From assembly GCA_002104945.1 (NCBI GenBank), contig MCFH01000011.1:806001-870000 (forward strand): a stretch of DNA of 64,000 bases. The letters run 5' to 3'. The notes beneath the pieces were generated by a model that searched no databases, was not told where the DNA came from, and was given only the letters and a program-made list of their open reading frames with translations. Shown here in pieces: positions 11,557 to 25,045 of this stretch (position 1 is its first letter; the number at the start of each line of letters is the position of its first letter). Position numbers and translations under genes: made by a program. This DNA is from Piromyces finnis finn (taxonomy: Eukaryota; Fungi; Neocallimastigomycota).

Positions 11557-13851
11557 ATCAATTAAAATTGTATATCAATTTATGTAATTAATATATTAAT
11601 TGTATATATTAAAAAATTACTTGATTTAAAATAGAACTATGCAATATTGATTAAATGGCCATAATTATTTTATAAAATTCAAGTAGTTTGAATTGAACAA
11701 CTTTATAATAATATATATATATGTATATATATTTGATCTAAACTAATCTTTAATCTTGAAATAATAATACCCTATCCTATAATATAATAATAATAATAAT
11801 ACATTTTTTAAAATAATTTACATGTATATTTTTTAGTACAAACAAATTAATATTTGTATATTAATTAACCCAAACAATATCAATATTTTTCTTTTAAAAA
11901 AAAAAAAAGAAAGAAAAATAGATTTTATTGTTTTTTTTATTATAAAAAACGATAAAATGTCAAATCAAAAAATAATTATAAAAAATAATAATTATGTACT
12001 AGTATAGTATATAATCCCAATAAGTAGTCTATGATTATTATTTTTTTTTTTCATAAATATAATAATAATAGTAATATATAATAATATATAATATATAATA
12101 ATAATAAAAATAACACATTAAATCTATAATTGTTTATTTCAAATATCAACCTAAAAATTAAAAGAAAAATAAAAGTTTTTAAAAACACCAAAAGTTTATT
12201 GTGCTATAAATGCAAACATACAGTGTATAATAGACATTTAATATAAATATTAATGCTTAACTTTTTATTATTAAAAAAAAAAGAATAGGCAAATAGGTTG
12301 TCTATTGCAAAAAAAAAAAAAAAAAAAGTTATGTACCAATAATAAACCTAATTGAAAAAAAAAAATAGAAAGGGATCAGAGGAATATATCAAATTTTTCT
12401 TTTTATAGTATGAAGACCTTTTCCAAAAGATAAACTCTTTTTTTTTTTTATGGTATAATTGAGAAATATGCGAGGAATAAAAAAAAAATAAAAAAATAAA
12501 ACTAAAATGTATATTAGTTTGAAAAGGTTTATTCTTTCATGATTTATTATAAAAAAATTTTTTTTACATTGTTTTGATGAATATATCTATTCATGGATTC
12601 ATGCTTTATTTAATTATTTATAGAATTTTTAATATTAACCAAATTTGGTTAATATTAGGTTTTTTTATTTTATTTTATTTTATTTATTATTATTATTATT
12701 TTTTTTTTTACTTTATCATAGGGAAATCATTTCAAATCAGAAAGTAAAAAAGTTTAATAAATATTTAAATATTTCCTTCTCTCTCTCTCTCTCTCTCTTT
12801 TTTTTTTTACTCTATAAAACGTTTTATTTTCTATTCTGTTATAATATTATTGGGAGTAAAATAAGATGAAAAAAAAAAAAAAAGTATAGTGTTAAAATAC
12901 ACAACTATATTATTAATTATCTATTAATTAATATTTATTTATAATTATTATTTATAAAATATACAAAAGTAAAAAAAATGGATGAGATTTGCTTTTACGG
13001 TATAAATACAAATATACGAAATATCATGGCCATTCAATTAATATTATAGTTTTATTTAAAAAGATAATGGTTAAACTTTTAAAATTTCTTTCTTTCTTTT
13101 TTTTTTTTTTAATAATGTTAAATATCGTATTTACAAGGTAAAAATATAAAATTACAAAATTAGAATTGTTTGTCTTTTTTTTTTTTTTATTTTATTTTCC
13201 ATTTCATTAAATTATTAAATTGTTATTCCTATTACTTTTTCTTTAATTCTGTTCACATTTCAATTTCTAAAAAAAGAAGCATTTGTTTTTTTTTTTTTGT
13301 ATTAAATTATTAAATGATAGTTTTTTTTTTAATTCATTTTATCCTTTTATAAAAAATATAGTTTTCTTTATAATGCCTACATAAAATATACAATAATGAT
13401 AATGATAAAAGGAATAGCATATTGAATATAAAAAAAAGAAGAAAATGTTAACTTTTAAAAAAAAGTTTTTTTTTTAAAAATTTCATTTTTTTAATTTAAT
13501 CTATTTAATATATTAACCAATATATTGATTCTTATATTAATTCAATTAATTAAAATTTTAAATTCATATATTCTATTATAAAAATAATATAATAATAAAT
13601 ATATTAAAATTTTCTAATATTACCTATTATTTTTTTTACAAAAAAAAAAAAAAGGTAACTTTATGAAGGCATCGTTAAAAAAGAAATAATACCATTATTA
13701 TAAAATAATATTAATTATGAAATATTAATAAACCTTGTAGTATACTAATTTATTTGAAATTTATCTGTCACTAATTAATTAATTTATACATATATATAAA
13801 ACACATAAATTTATCAATTAAAAACAAAAAATAATAATATATAGATAAAAA

Positions 13852-14535
13852 ATGTCATCATCAAAACCAACTGAAGAAGAATTAGAAATGCAAAAATTGC
13901 ATGATATTAAAGAACATATTGATAAGATATTTTATTCAGACCGTTATTATGACGATGTTTTTGAATATAGACATGTAGTTTTACCAAAACAAATAGCTAG
14001 ATGGTTACCACCAAAAAAGATTTTATCAGAAGAAGAATGGCGATCTTTTGGTGTTAGACAATCTCTTGGATGGGAACATTATATGATTCACGGTAAATAT
14101 TATTATTAATAATTATGTATAAACTCTTTGATTTAAATAAATAAATAAAAAAAAAAAAAAAAAAAAAATGCAAATAATGAATAATAGTAATAATAATAGT
14201 AATAATATATAAAAAAAAAATTTTATTAAATGAATAGAAAAAAAAATAATGAAAAACTAATTTTTTTATTTTTTTTTTTAAATTATTTTAAAAACTTGTT
14301 AAAAATCATTAAATCATTATATATATTTAAAATATAAAAATCATGGTGAATTGACTTGTATTATTCAATCCTATACGTATTTAATGAAAAATCATTTTTT
14401 ATAAATTTAATAATAACAGCACCAGAACCACATATTTTATTATTTAGAAGAGAAAAGGATTACCAAAAGAAATATGGTAATAATTTAAAACCAACCACAG
14501 CTAATAATAATTCAGTTGGTGGTATGGCTGGTTAA
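13852..14535 (+). CDS. CKS1: Cyclin-dependent kinase regulatory subunit Cks1/Suc1, 2 exons
   Basis: Exons 13852-14092 and 14420-14535 give [19 protein letters not shown]...[34 protein letters not shown], the canonical CKS signature. Confidence 0.97.
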
Positions 14536-15292
14536 AATTAATCATTAAGATTAAAAAAAAAAAAAGAAAAAAGAAAAGCAATATATATCTATTATACACA
14601 TTTTATTATTATTATTATTATTTATTTTATTTTATAATTTTTTTTCCTTATAAAAGTTCCACATTAGTATTTTCTTTTTTTATTATTTATTTATTAAAAA
14701 AAATATAGCAATAGAAATCACCAATAGTAATCATGATATAACAACAAAAACAAAAAAACATTAATTATATTGTAACAACAGCAACAATAATAATATGTAT
14801 TCTATATGTCTTTATATAAATAGAATATAAAAGTTTATTTTTTTTATACAATTAAACAAACATGTATTTAAGTTAAAAATAATATCTATATAACAATTAA
14901 TAAATTTTAATTCATATTTTATAAAAACAAAAACAAAAAAAAAAAAAAAGTCTCTCTATATATTATTAAATATGATATTCGCTCTATATTAAAGTAATGA
15001 ATGTACCTTTTTATCAATTGAGTTCAGTGTCACCATTATTATTAATTAATAATATCAGAGTTTATAAAAGCTTATTTAAAAAAAAAAAAAAAAAAGAATT
15101 ACTAGAATACCCTATTATTCCTTTTTATTACTAAATGTTTCAATTCATTTCCTCCTTTTTTCTCTCTATATATACTCTATTAAAGCATTGGTAATAGGAT
15201 ATTCATTAAAAAATGATTAAACTTTTAGAAAATGTTATTATTAAGTATTTAGTTTTTTTTTAAACAATTATAATAATGATAATAATTAGAGT

Positions 15293-15489
15293 AATAATAC
15301 TAATACTAATACTAATACTAATACTAATACTAATACTAATACTAATACTAATACTAATACTAATACTAATACTAATACTAATACTAATACTAATACTAAT
15401 ACTAATACTAATACTAATACTAATACTAATACTAATACTAATACTAATACTAATACTAATACTAATACTAATACTACTACTAATACTAA

Positions 15490-15527
<38 letters not shown>

Positions 15528-15607
15528 ATACTAATACTAATACTAATACTAATACTAATACTAATACTAATACTAATACTAATACTAATACTAATACTAA
15601 TACTAAT
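15293..15607. repeat. (CTAATA)n hexanucleotide satellite, ~50 units, with short (CTA)n interruptions
   Basis: Directly visible; it generates the spurious poly-IL and poly-LV ORFs. Confidence 0.97.
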
Positions 15608-15849
15608 AATTTTTCAACTGCCATCAAAAAATCTAGAATATAGAATGTGCCTTTTTTTTTTTATTTATTAAAAAAAAAACAAACTTTAAATCATATTAAA
15701 ATAAAAAAAAATTTAATTGGATAAATTTTAAAAAATTAATTTATTTTTCATTAAAACTTAAAAGAGTAAAGCAGTAAAAAGTCAGCAGTAAAAAAATAAA
15801 AAAAAGAATATTTTAAACGAAGAAAGAAAAAAAGAAAAAACTGCTTTAT

Positions 15850-16180
15850 AATAATAAAAAAAATGAATAAATTCTATTTCTTATAATTAATAAATAATGA
15901 TTTATTTATTATTGAATTTTTTATTTTATCTTAAAAATGAGGTATATAGAATAGACAATAGACAATCGACATAAAATAGATATTAGAATAACCTATTTAA
16001 TACTAATAAATAAAAAATAAACTTTAGTCTTTTATGTTGTTTGTAAGAGTGTTTTCTAAAATCAATGGAAATAAAAAATATACACCTTTTTTTTTTCTAT
16101 TCTATTTTCTTTTTTTTTTTTTATGCAACCTGTTTTGATAATTCATTTTGATGGTAAAGTTAACACTATTCAAAAGGAAA
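15850..16180 (+). repeat. Diverged direct repeat, copy A (partner at ~17990-18315)
   Basis: Ordered shared blocks: ctatttc-ataattaataaataatga-tttatttattattgaattttt; agaataacctatttaata; aaaaataaact--gtcttt; gtttgtaagag; gat(g/a)(g)taaagt. Confidence 0.65.
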
Positions 16181-16886
16181 AAGAACATTTTTTTTTTATT
16201 TAAATTAATAATAAGAATAAGAAGCTCACATAAGAAATAAAAAAAAAAGGTTTTAATTTTTTTATAATTATAATTAAGTATTCATTGTTATCATTTTCTT
16301 TACCAAATAAAAAAAAGAAAAAAGGAATAATTAAAATAATATTTAAGGTATTTAACCGTCAATCAACTTATTATTGTAGTATTTCTTTTTTTTTTTTTTT
16401 TTTTTTTTAATATTCATTTGTTAGAATATGTAAATTTTTTCAAATTTAAAAAATTAAATGACTTTTATTAAGGTTTGTGTGCTTAGTATGTAATAATAAT
16501 TATAATAATTCATAGTAATATGAAATAGATTATATGCTTAGCATCAATTATAAAAATTATAATAGTTCATATTATGTAAAAGTGTAATCCAATTCCTTTT
16601 TTTTTTACCATGTTTCGTTGTTGTGGTTGATCCTTTCATGAAAATTTTAATTTTACTGCCTCATTCTAGAATGTATCTTTTTTTTTTTTAAAAAGGGATC
16701 CAATAAATTTAAAATTTAATTTATTTTTTAGAAAAATTGATTTAGGGGAAAAAATAAAAAGTATAAAAAATCAAGTTTTTTTTTTCTTTTTATTAAGAAA
16801 GTAAAAAAAAAAAGAAAAGACTTTGAAATTAATATAAAATAAAAAAATAAAAAAGTAAAAAAATAAAAAAGTATAAAAAGTAAAAA

Positions 16887-17962
16887 ATGGCTTCAAAAGG
16901 TGAATTCAAGAGACGCTTTCCAAAAATTAATAATTGTTGTATCTGCTTAAAATTAAAAACAGGTGTTTTTATATTTACCGGTATAATACTAGTAAGTTTT
17001 TTTTAAAAAAAAAATAATATAAAATATATACTACATAGAAATAATTATATATAAAATTTACTCCTTCTTTTATACTTGTATATGATACTAATTGTTATTT
17101 TTTTTTTTTTAAAAAATATCCAAAAGTTAATCATTGTTATTAATGTATTAAGTAATTTGAATTTTATCTTTAGCAACAATGACTCAGTTTTGTCTTCTAG
17201 TAGTATATTTAATACGACAACAAAAATTATTAATGAACTAGGAACAGTTTATCAATACTCTTATTATATATACATTCTTGTTAATGCCATATTAATTGTT
17301 TCATTAGTATTATTAATTATTGGTATATTAAAGGTAATTTTAATATCGTATAATCATTTCTTATGATATATAGATTTATTTTTTTTTTAAAAAAAAGATA
17401 CAATCTATAGTTACTAATAGTGTTATTTTTTTTATTATTTAATGTTTTTTTTTTCCTAAAGGCAAAATTAATCTTTTTAAGTCAATTTAAGATTGTTTTT
17501 CTTCTTTACATTATTTTTTATTTGATTTATAATATCTTCTCAATCATTTCTATGAATAATAATGCTGAAGAAATAGTAAACATCCTTGTAAAAGATAAGT
17601 CATTTAACGATTTAATAATAAACAATAATATTGACGAAGAAGACTTTAAAAGCTCTATGTTAAGCTCAATTAAAAATAGTTTTACTTTTGAAATATTTTA
17701 TAGTATTATTATATGCGCACTCTATGTAAGTTATTTATAAAAAAAAAAAAAAAAAAAGAATTTTTAAAAATAAATATAAATATATATATATTTAATAAGG
17801 AATAAGATTATTTTTTTAACTAATTTTTCAATATATATATATATACATATATATATTTAAAAAAAAAAGGCTTATTATTATGTTGCTACTTGCTCTCTTG
17901 CTGAAGATATTGAAGAAAGTGTTTATGAAGAAATTGACACAAGAAATTTGGAAAATAACTAA
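16887..17962 (+). CDS. Orphan four-TM membrane protein with an N-terminal CCxC motif, 4 exons, ~222 aa
   Basis: Exons 16887-16991, 17127-17333, 17462-17725 and 17870-17962 all join in phase 0 at GT-AG junctions: MASKGEFKRRFPKINNCCICLKLKTGVFIFTGIIL...AYYYVATCSLAEDIEESVYEEIDTRNLENN*. Confidence 0.8.
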
Positions 17963-17989
17963 TTCAAAAAATCACATAATTTAATAATA

Positions 17990-18315
17990 ATATAAAAAAA
18001 AAGAATAAACTCTATTTCTCATAATTAATAAATAATGATGATTTATTTATTATTGAATTTTTTTTTATATTTTACTTTAAAATAGACATAGAATAACCTA
18101 TTTAATAATAATGAATAAAAAGTATTCATAAAAAAAAAAAAAAATGAATAAAATGTATATTTAAAAATAAACTATGGTCTTTTTTTTTTTTATGCTTTGC
18201 TTATTATATTTTGTTTTGTTTGTAAGAGATGCTTTCTAACACCTATACTAATTCAAGAGTAAACCTCATTTTTTTTGCATTAACAACAATTTATTTCGAT
18301 GATAAAGTCACTACA
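17990..18315 (+). repeat. Diverged direct repeat, copy B (partner at ~15850-16180)
   Basis: Same ordered blocks as copy A; lies directly 3' of the 4-TM gene stop codon. Confidence 0.65.
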
Positions 18316-20479
18316 CACACACACAAAAAAAACTTTTTACAAAAAAAAAAAAAGAAAATCTTTTTATATGAGATTATTATTATATTTTAAATCATGATTA
18401 TCTTTTTTTATAAAAATAAAAAGGATAATAATAGTATGTATATGATCCATTTATATAAGATTATGATCCATTTTCTTTTTTTTTTTTATATATATATATT
18501 AATTATTGGTATCTTTTATAATTAATACTTTTTTCATTCCAACTTTATTCTTTTCGTTATAAAAAGTTTTATCTTAAATAAAATAGTAAAAACTTTTTTA
18601 ACTTTATCATAATTCCTTTTTTTTTTTTTTTGTTACTGCTGCTGTTGCTGTTTTTTTCTTCATTCTAAATTCTGCTTTATTTTTTTTTTTCTTTTTTTAA
18701 AATTTTCATCCTCTATCCCAATATAATCAATAATATATTATTTATAAATAGAAAATACTAAATTAAATTAAATTTAATTTAATTATATATATATTAAAAT
18801 AAATAAAAATGTCAAATGAAATTTATATTTATTTTTAAATAAAAAAATCGAAAAGAGAGTAAAAAGTCGAAGAGTAAAAAAAAGAAAAGTTTACTTTTTT
18901 TTTTTTTAAGATGTAGCGTATAAAGCTTTAAATAATGTATTTAAACTTTTAATTATTAAACTTTTAATTGTTTGTCATTTCTCTCTTTTTTTTTTTTTTT
19001 TTGAGAATGAATGGTATAAAGGTACAAATAGATCGATTAAAAACTGAATCTATAATACCTTTTTATTCATTCTATAATTTAAACTATTTCATATTTATTG
19101 TTGCTGTTGTTGTTGTTGCTGTTGGATACCTTATTAACCATACTATTTATGCTTAATTAATAAAGCATCTTCAAGCCATTTTCCAATCCAATTCCTTTTT
19201 TTTTTTTTTTTTTTTTTTTTTTCTAAAAAAAACCTCTTTTAACTTTTTAATAAAATTTAATAATAAACTTTATTTTATATAAAAAAACCAATTAAAAAAA
19301 AATTGGAAAAATTGGAATGTGAAAAAAAAAAAATAATTTTCTCTTTATGGTTTAAAAAAAAAGTAAAAAAAAAAAAAAAAGAAAAAAAGGAACATCTTCA
19401 ATAAAAAAAAAAAAGTAAAAAAAAAAAAAGGAAAAGAAAAGAAGAAAAGTAACCAAAAAACAAAGAAAAAAAAAAAAAGAAAAAAACAAAGAAAAAAATT
19501 TAAAAAAAAAAATTAATTAAAAAACCAATTTTTGTCTTTTTTTTTTTTTTTTTTTTTAATTAACAATATAAAAATCAATTTCGAGAACTTTTTGTACTAT
19601 TCCAATAGTAAAAATGGTCTTTTAATAATACCAATAAAAAGTTCACTCACCACCAACACACAACCAAAATAATAATAATAAGAAAAAGATAAAAAAGGAA
19701 AAAGAATAAAGTTTTTTTTTTTTTTTTTTGATTAAATATTCATTGTTATTATCATTTTCTCTCTATCCTACTTTTTTTTTTTTTATAATATTTGTTTTAA
19801 ACAAAATTTTTTTTAAAAAAAAAAAGAAATTAAAATAGTGTGTTCTTTTAGTTATCAAACACCGTTGATAAGCTTAGCTTTGTAGTATTCCTTTTTCAAT
19901 ATCTTTTTATATTCTAGCATTTTTACAAAAAGTTAAAATAAAAAAAGGAATAAAATACTATTAAATCCAATTTATATATTATCTTATTATTATTAAAAAA
20001 AAAAAAACTATCTTTTTATATAAGGATATAAAAAAAAAGGAAAAAGAAAAAAAAAAAGAAAGAATAAAATTCAAGTTCAAACATTGGTTTTAAAACCTTA
20101 ATCTCTCTCTTTTTTTTTTTTATTTCTTTTTTAATTAATATTCACAATTATTAATATTCACAATTGTTAATCCAAACTCCAATTTATTATTATTATTTTT
20201 TTTCCTTTAAACAATATATATTAAGCCAGGTAAAAAAAAAAGAAGAAAAAAAAAAAAAGAATTTTAAATTTTAAAAAATTATTATTATTATTTTTTTTTA
20301 TATTTATTAAAAGTTTAAATAATAATATTTTCTAATGTCGAAATATTTCTCCATCTTTTTTTTTTTTTTTTTTTATAAAAAAAATAATTTAATTGAAAAA
20401 TTTAGAAATTTAGTATTGATATATTCTATTATTTTTTATATATCTTTTCCCCCCTTCTCAATAATAACTAGTTTAAACA

Positions 20480-21604
20480 ATGAAAAAAAATATAATAAAT
20501 ATTCCAGTAACGACAGATTTAATGAAAAATTCTCTAAGAGACCCCAACGGTATACCTGCTCAATTACAAAATGTAAAGAATTTTTCACAACTCGTCAATC
20601 GATTGGATTCTCTAAAAAATTTAACACTACAAAAAGATAATAAACGTCAATTAAATTCACTGGCTTGTCATGATTTAAAATTAAATTTTGAAAGTTCTTC
20701 AACATACCCAACAAAATCAATACCATCTACATTGTCAGTTAACACAATACTTCCACTACTACCGAAACTTCATTCATTTAGTACATTGAGTTCAATTCAA
20801 CCTCAGGTAGAAAGTGACCGTCATTTACAACCAAAAACATTCAAAATCAACTATAATCAACAACAATTTCAAATCACATGTAAATATAACACCAAAACCG
20901 ATACCGTTCATATCAATGTTGAAAAATTATCTGAAAATTTAAAAGAAACTATAGTTCCAAAAAAAACAGCAACTTCTTCTTCTTCTGCTGCTTCCCCTAT
21001 CAAAGAAATTAAAGATACCATCAATAAAACAAAAGAAACCTCATTCGCAAAGGAAAAAATTTTAAAGGAATCCTCAGGTGGATTAGGTAAAAAATTCGAG
21101 GATAAAATTATGGAAGCAAATAAAAACCATCTTTTAAAGAATCATAGTGTCATGAAAAAATTATTTAAAGATGGTAATAAAAGTGATAAGGGAGAAGAAG
21201 GAGGAGGAGGAGGAGGAGGAGAAGAAGAAGGTCAAAATAATAAGGATGTTCCGGAGACAAAAAATAGTAATGGTAATAATGTTGATAGTGGTATAAATCA
21301 AGAAAATAGTAATGATGATATAAATGATCAAAATAATGAAAATAAAACAGAAAATGCCACTACCCTTCATTCAAAGTCAGAAACTCATCGTTTCCGTATG
21401 AAACAAAAATCAAAAAAATCATTTAAAAGTCGTAGAAAAACTAGACGTGCTAGAAGAAAGGAAAAAAGAAAAAATATTACTAATGAATTATTAACCTTTT
21501 TGTTATGGTTCTTATACAGTAATACTTTAGTATTGTTAGTGGTTAGTGCAGCAGCACTTTCCTTTTCCCTTTTTATCTTTCATAGTGTTCAATTTCAAGG
21601 TATG

Positions 21605-21636
<32 letters not shown>

Positions 21637-21765
21637 TCATTTATATTTTAATTGTAAATATACTGTTCATCCATATATCTTAAATAAATTATATTTTAAT
21701 AACAATAATAATAATAATAATAATAATGATAACAATAATAATTAGAATAATAATAATAATAATTA

Positions 21766-21832
<67 letters not shown>

Positions 21833-23851
21833 TAGAATAATAATAATAATAATTAGAATAATAATAATAATAATTTATTTTTACTCACAATTCTAAACAT
21901 TAAACATTGTTTAATAATTTAATGTTTGAAAAATATATGTACACCCATATATATATACACATCATATAAATTATATTTCATTTTTTATGTTGGAATATTA
22001 TTCATCACAAAAAGAATATATTACTGATATATTAGGAAATTATCTAAGTAAAGTTATGGGATATAAAATTACATTTGATTCTACCATGATTCCTATATGG
22101 AAAGAAAAGTCATTAATATTTAAAAACATTACTGTTCAGTATAATGTTGATACTGTTCGAGAAATGAGACAAAAAGAATTAAAAAAGAAACAAAAAAAGC
22201 AAAAAATTATTGGATATTTAACCTTTAATAAAAGTAAGATTGATCAGGATAAAGAAGAAGAAATCAAAGTTGACGATAATTTTACCTATTTAGATTTGAA
22301 AATTGATGAAATTGACATGAACATTTCACCCTTTAAATTAATACAAAGTAAGTATTAATCATAAAAAAATATAAATATATATTTATATAATAAGATTAGT
22401 AGAAAAAAAGGAATAAAAAAAAATAATGTATTGAATCAACATTTTAATTATATTAATGGTGTACACTTTATATATAACGATACTACTATGATTCCTATAT
22501 AGAAAAAAATTTCATTAAAAAATGTTTGGTCAAGGGTGTTCGAGGTGATATAGATCGTAGAAATATTCGTCATGATCCAAATGTAATATATGATGCATCA
22601 AAAGAAAGAAAGAAAAATCATAGTAGAGAATTTGCAATTAAAAAATTATCTATCGAAGATATGAGCGTAAATATGCTTATACGAGACTTTAGACCCTACA
22701 AAATTGCTATATTTAATGCAGATCTTTCCAAATTTAGAAATCGTTACATTATTCATGATATTCTTAGCGCTAATTCCATCGTGGGTATGTTGGATAGTAG
22801 TTTATTTAGTATCTATCGTCCATATCATAATGCTCATCGTAAATCTCAAATGAACGGCATACCCGATGTTAGAAAGGTAAATAAAACCATAAAAAAAAAA
22901 AATTGACATTATTATCTTTTTCATTATTATTCGATACAATGTATATCCTTCTATTTATACACATTTTAAATATTCATTACAGTTATATACATAAATAAAT
23001 ATTTTCATTATGATTTTATAACTAAATATGTTTAAATTAACACCTTATTTTGGTGATTATTTTGATAAAAAAAAAATAGAGTTATCTCAAGATTAATAGT
23101 TTACCTATTGATTTCTTGAATAATGGTGATCCAGGACCTTTCGGTTGGATTAATAAAGGTACCATAGATATTAATATTACCTTGGAAATACCACAACTAT
23201 TTAAGAATATTCCGGAAGATGTAGAGTTAGATAAATCGATACCATTAACGGCTAGTTTTGATGTTAAATTAGATAATTTGAAAGCTTCAGTGCCAATAAG
23301 ACCACCAGAATTAAATTATATGACAAGTGCTCTTATTCGTCCAATTGTTGCCTATATGAATTCAAATCATACCTCTATTCCATTATCATTTGAATTTGAA
23401 TTACCAATGGTAAGTTATATACTACCAGTACTACTACTATTACTAATAATAAAAAAGATATTAAAAATAAAATAAAACGAAACGGAAGGAAAAAAAAAAA
23501 AAAGTTATCATCATTTTAAATATATAAAAAGAAACATTATATATGTTCAGTTATAGCTATAATTTATGCATAGTTATATTTCAAAAAAAAAAAAAAAAAA
23601 AAAAAAATTAAATATTCACTGTAATCTTTTTTTTTTTTTTTTTTAAATAGGATAATCTTGATGGCGCCTGGACATTATTCGATTCTGAAATTGCTACTGC
23701 TTTTGGTACTGGTATGGGTTCTTCAATTGCTGAATTAGTAAAGAATGAAAGAGAACGTAATAAAGCCATTAAACATGTAGGTTTATGGAGTCTTCAATCT
23801 GTTTCAAAAAATGTCGTCAGTATCTATGAACAAGCGAGAGGTATAAAATAA
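20480..23851 (+). CDS. MDM31: Mdm31/Mdm32-family mitochondrial inner-membrane protein, 5 exons, ~785 aa
   Basis: Exons 20480-21599, 22015-22347, 22503-22876, 23080-23409 and 23651-23851 stay in frame. Family-like motifs: TM segment then FQEYI...[66 protein letters not shown]. The start codon is uncertain. Confidence 0.88.
21695..21875. repeat. (AAT)n satellite with AATTAGAAT variants inside MDM31 intron 1
   Basis: Directly visible. Confidence 0.95.
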
Positions 23852-24538
23852 TGATATTATATATATTAGATAGATATGGATATCTTTAATGATTTAAATA
23901 TTTAATCGTTTGATGTATTATTATTATTATAATATTTTATCGAATTTTTAATCGATCCCTTTTTTTTTTTTTTTAAAAAAAATTGTAAAGAATCTATTAA
24001 TGTATATTATAATTGATAAGATCTATCGTTATACCTTTATTTATTATGATTCCTATTTATTTAAAAATTTACATATATTAATTTTTTTTTTTTTAAAGAA
24101 AAAATCTACCTTTATTTTGTCATCATCATTATTACTATTTATATAAAGATTATTTTAAAATGATTTATAATGAGAATTTAAAAGATTTTTAACCGTTCAA
24201 ACAGACAATTATTTTCTATACATTTTTGAAAAATCATATTATTTATATAGAATGTAGTATTACCCTTTTTTTTTTTTATTTATTATTATTTAATAGATTA
24301 TAGATTATAGGGTTGATATAAAATTATTTTTTTTTTTTTTTTTTTATAAAAAAATAATCATGCATCATTTATGTTTATTATAATAAAAAGTTTTTTATAA
24401 TATTAATAATAAGATATTAAATAAATAATAAGAATGAAAAAAAAAAAAATTAATTATTATTTTCTATTTATTTTATTGTTTATCTATATTTAATTTATAA
24501 ATAAATAGGTGTTAAAGCTTACAATACATAGGTGAAGA

Positions 24539-24569
<31 letters not shown>

Positions 24570-24811
24570 CACACACATCCGCCATGACCATAAAATTTAA
24601 AAATCTTAAGGATCCATCTATTTTTTTTTTTTTTTTTTTTTTCATTCATTTACTTTTTTATATCTTATTCATATTCAATTTTTTTTTTTTTTTATTTTTA
24701 TTTTTTACTCTTTTCCCTCTCTTTTTTCATTAATAAATAAATAAATAAATAAAAATAAAAATAAAAACCAACCATAACAACAAAAAAGTAATATATTTAA
24801 TAATTCATCAC

Positions 24812-24842
<31 letters not shown>

Positions 24843-25045
24843 ATAATAATAATAAAAAAAAAGCTATGAAAAAAAAAAAAAAAGTTTAAATGTATTTTTT
24901 TTTTTTATTTATTTTTTTCGTGTTTTTTTTTTAAAAAAAATCAATTTACTATATATATAAATATATATATATATATATTTTTTTTTTACTAATGTATTGA
25001 CTATTGACTATTTATATAGAAAAAAGAAAAGAAAAAAAAAAAGAC

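Noticed and set aside
15276-15671. Poly-IL and poly-LV ORFs
   Set aside because: Translation artefacts of the CTAATA satellite.
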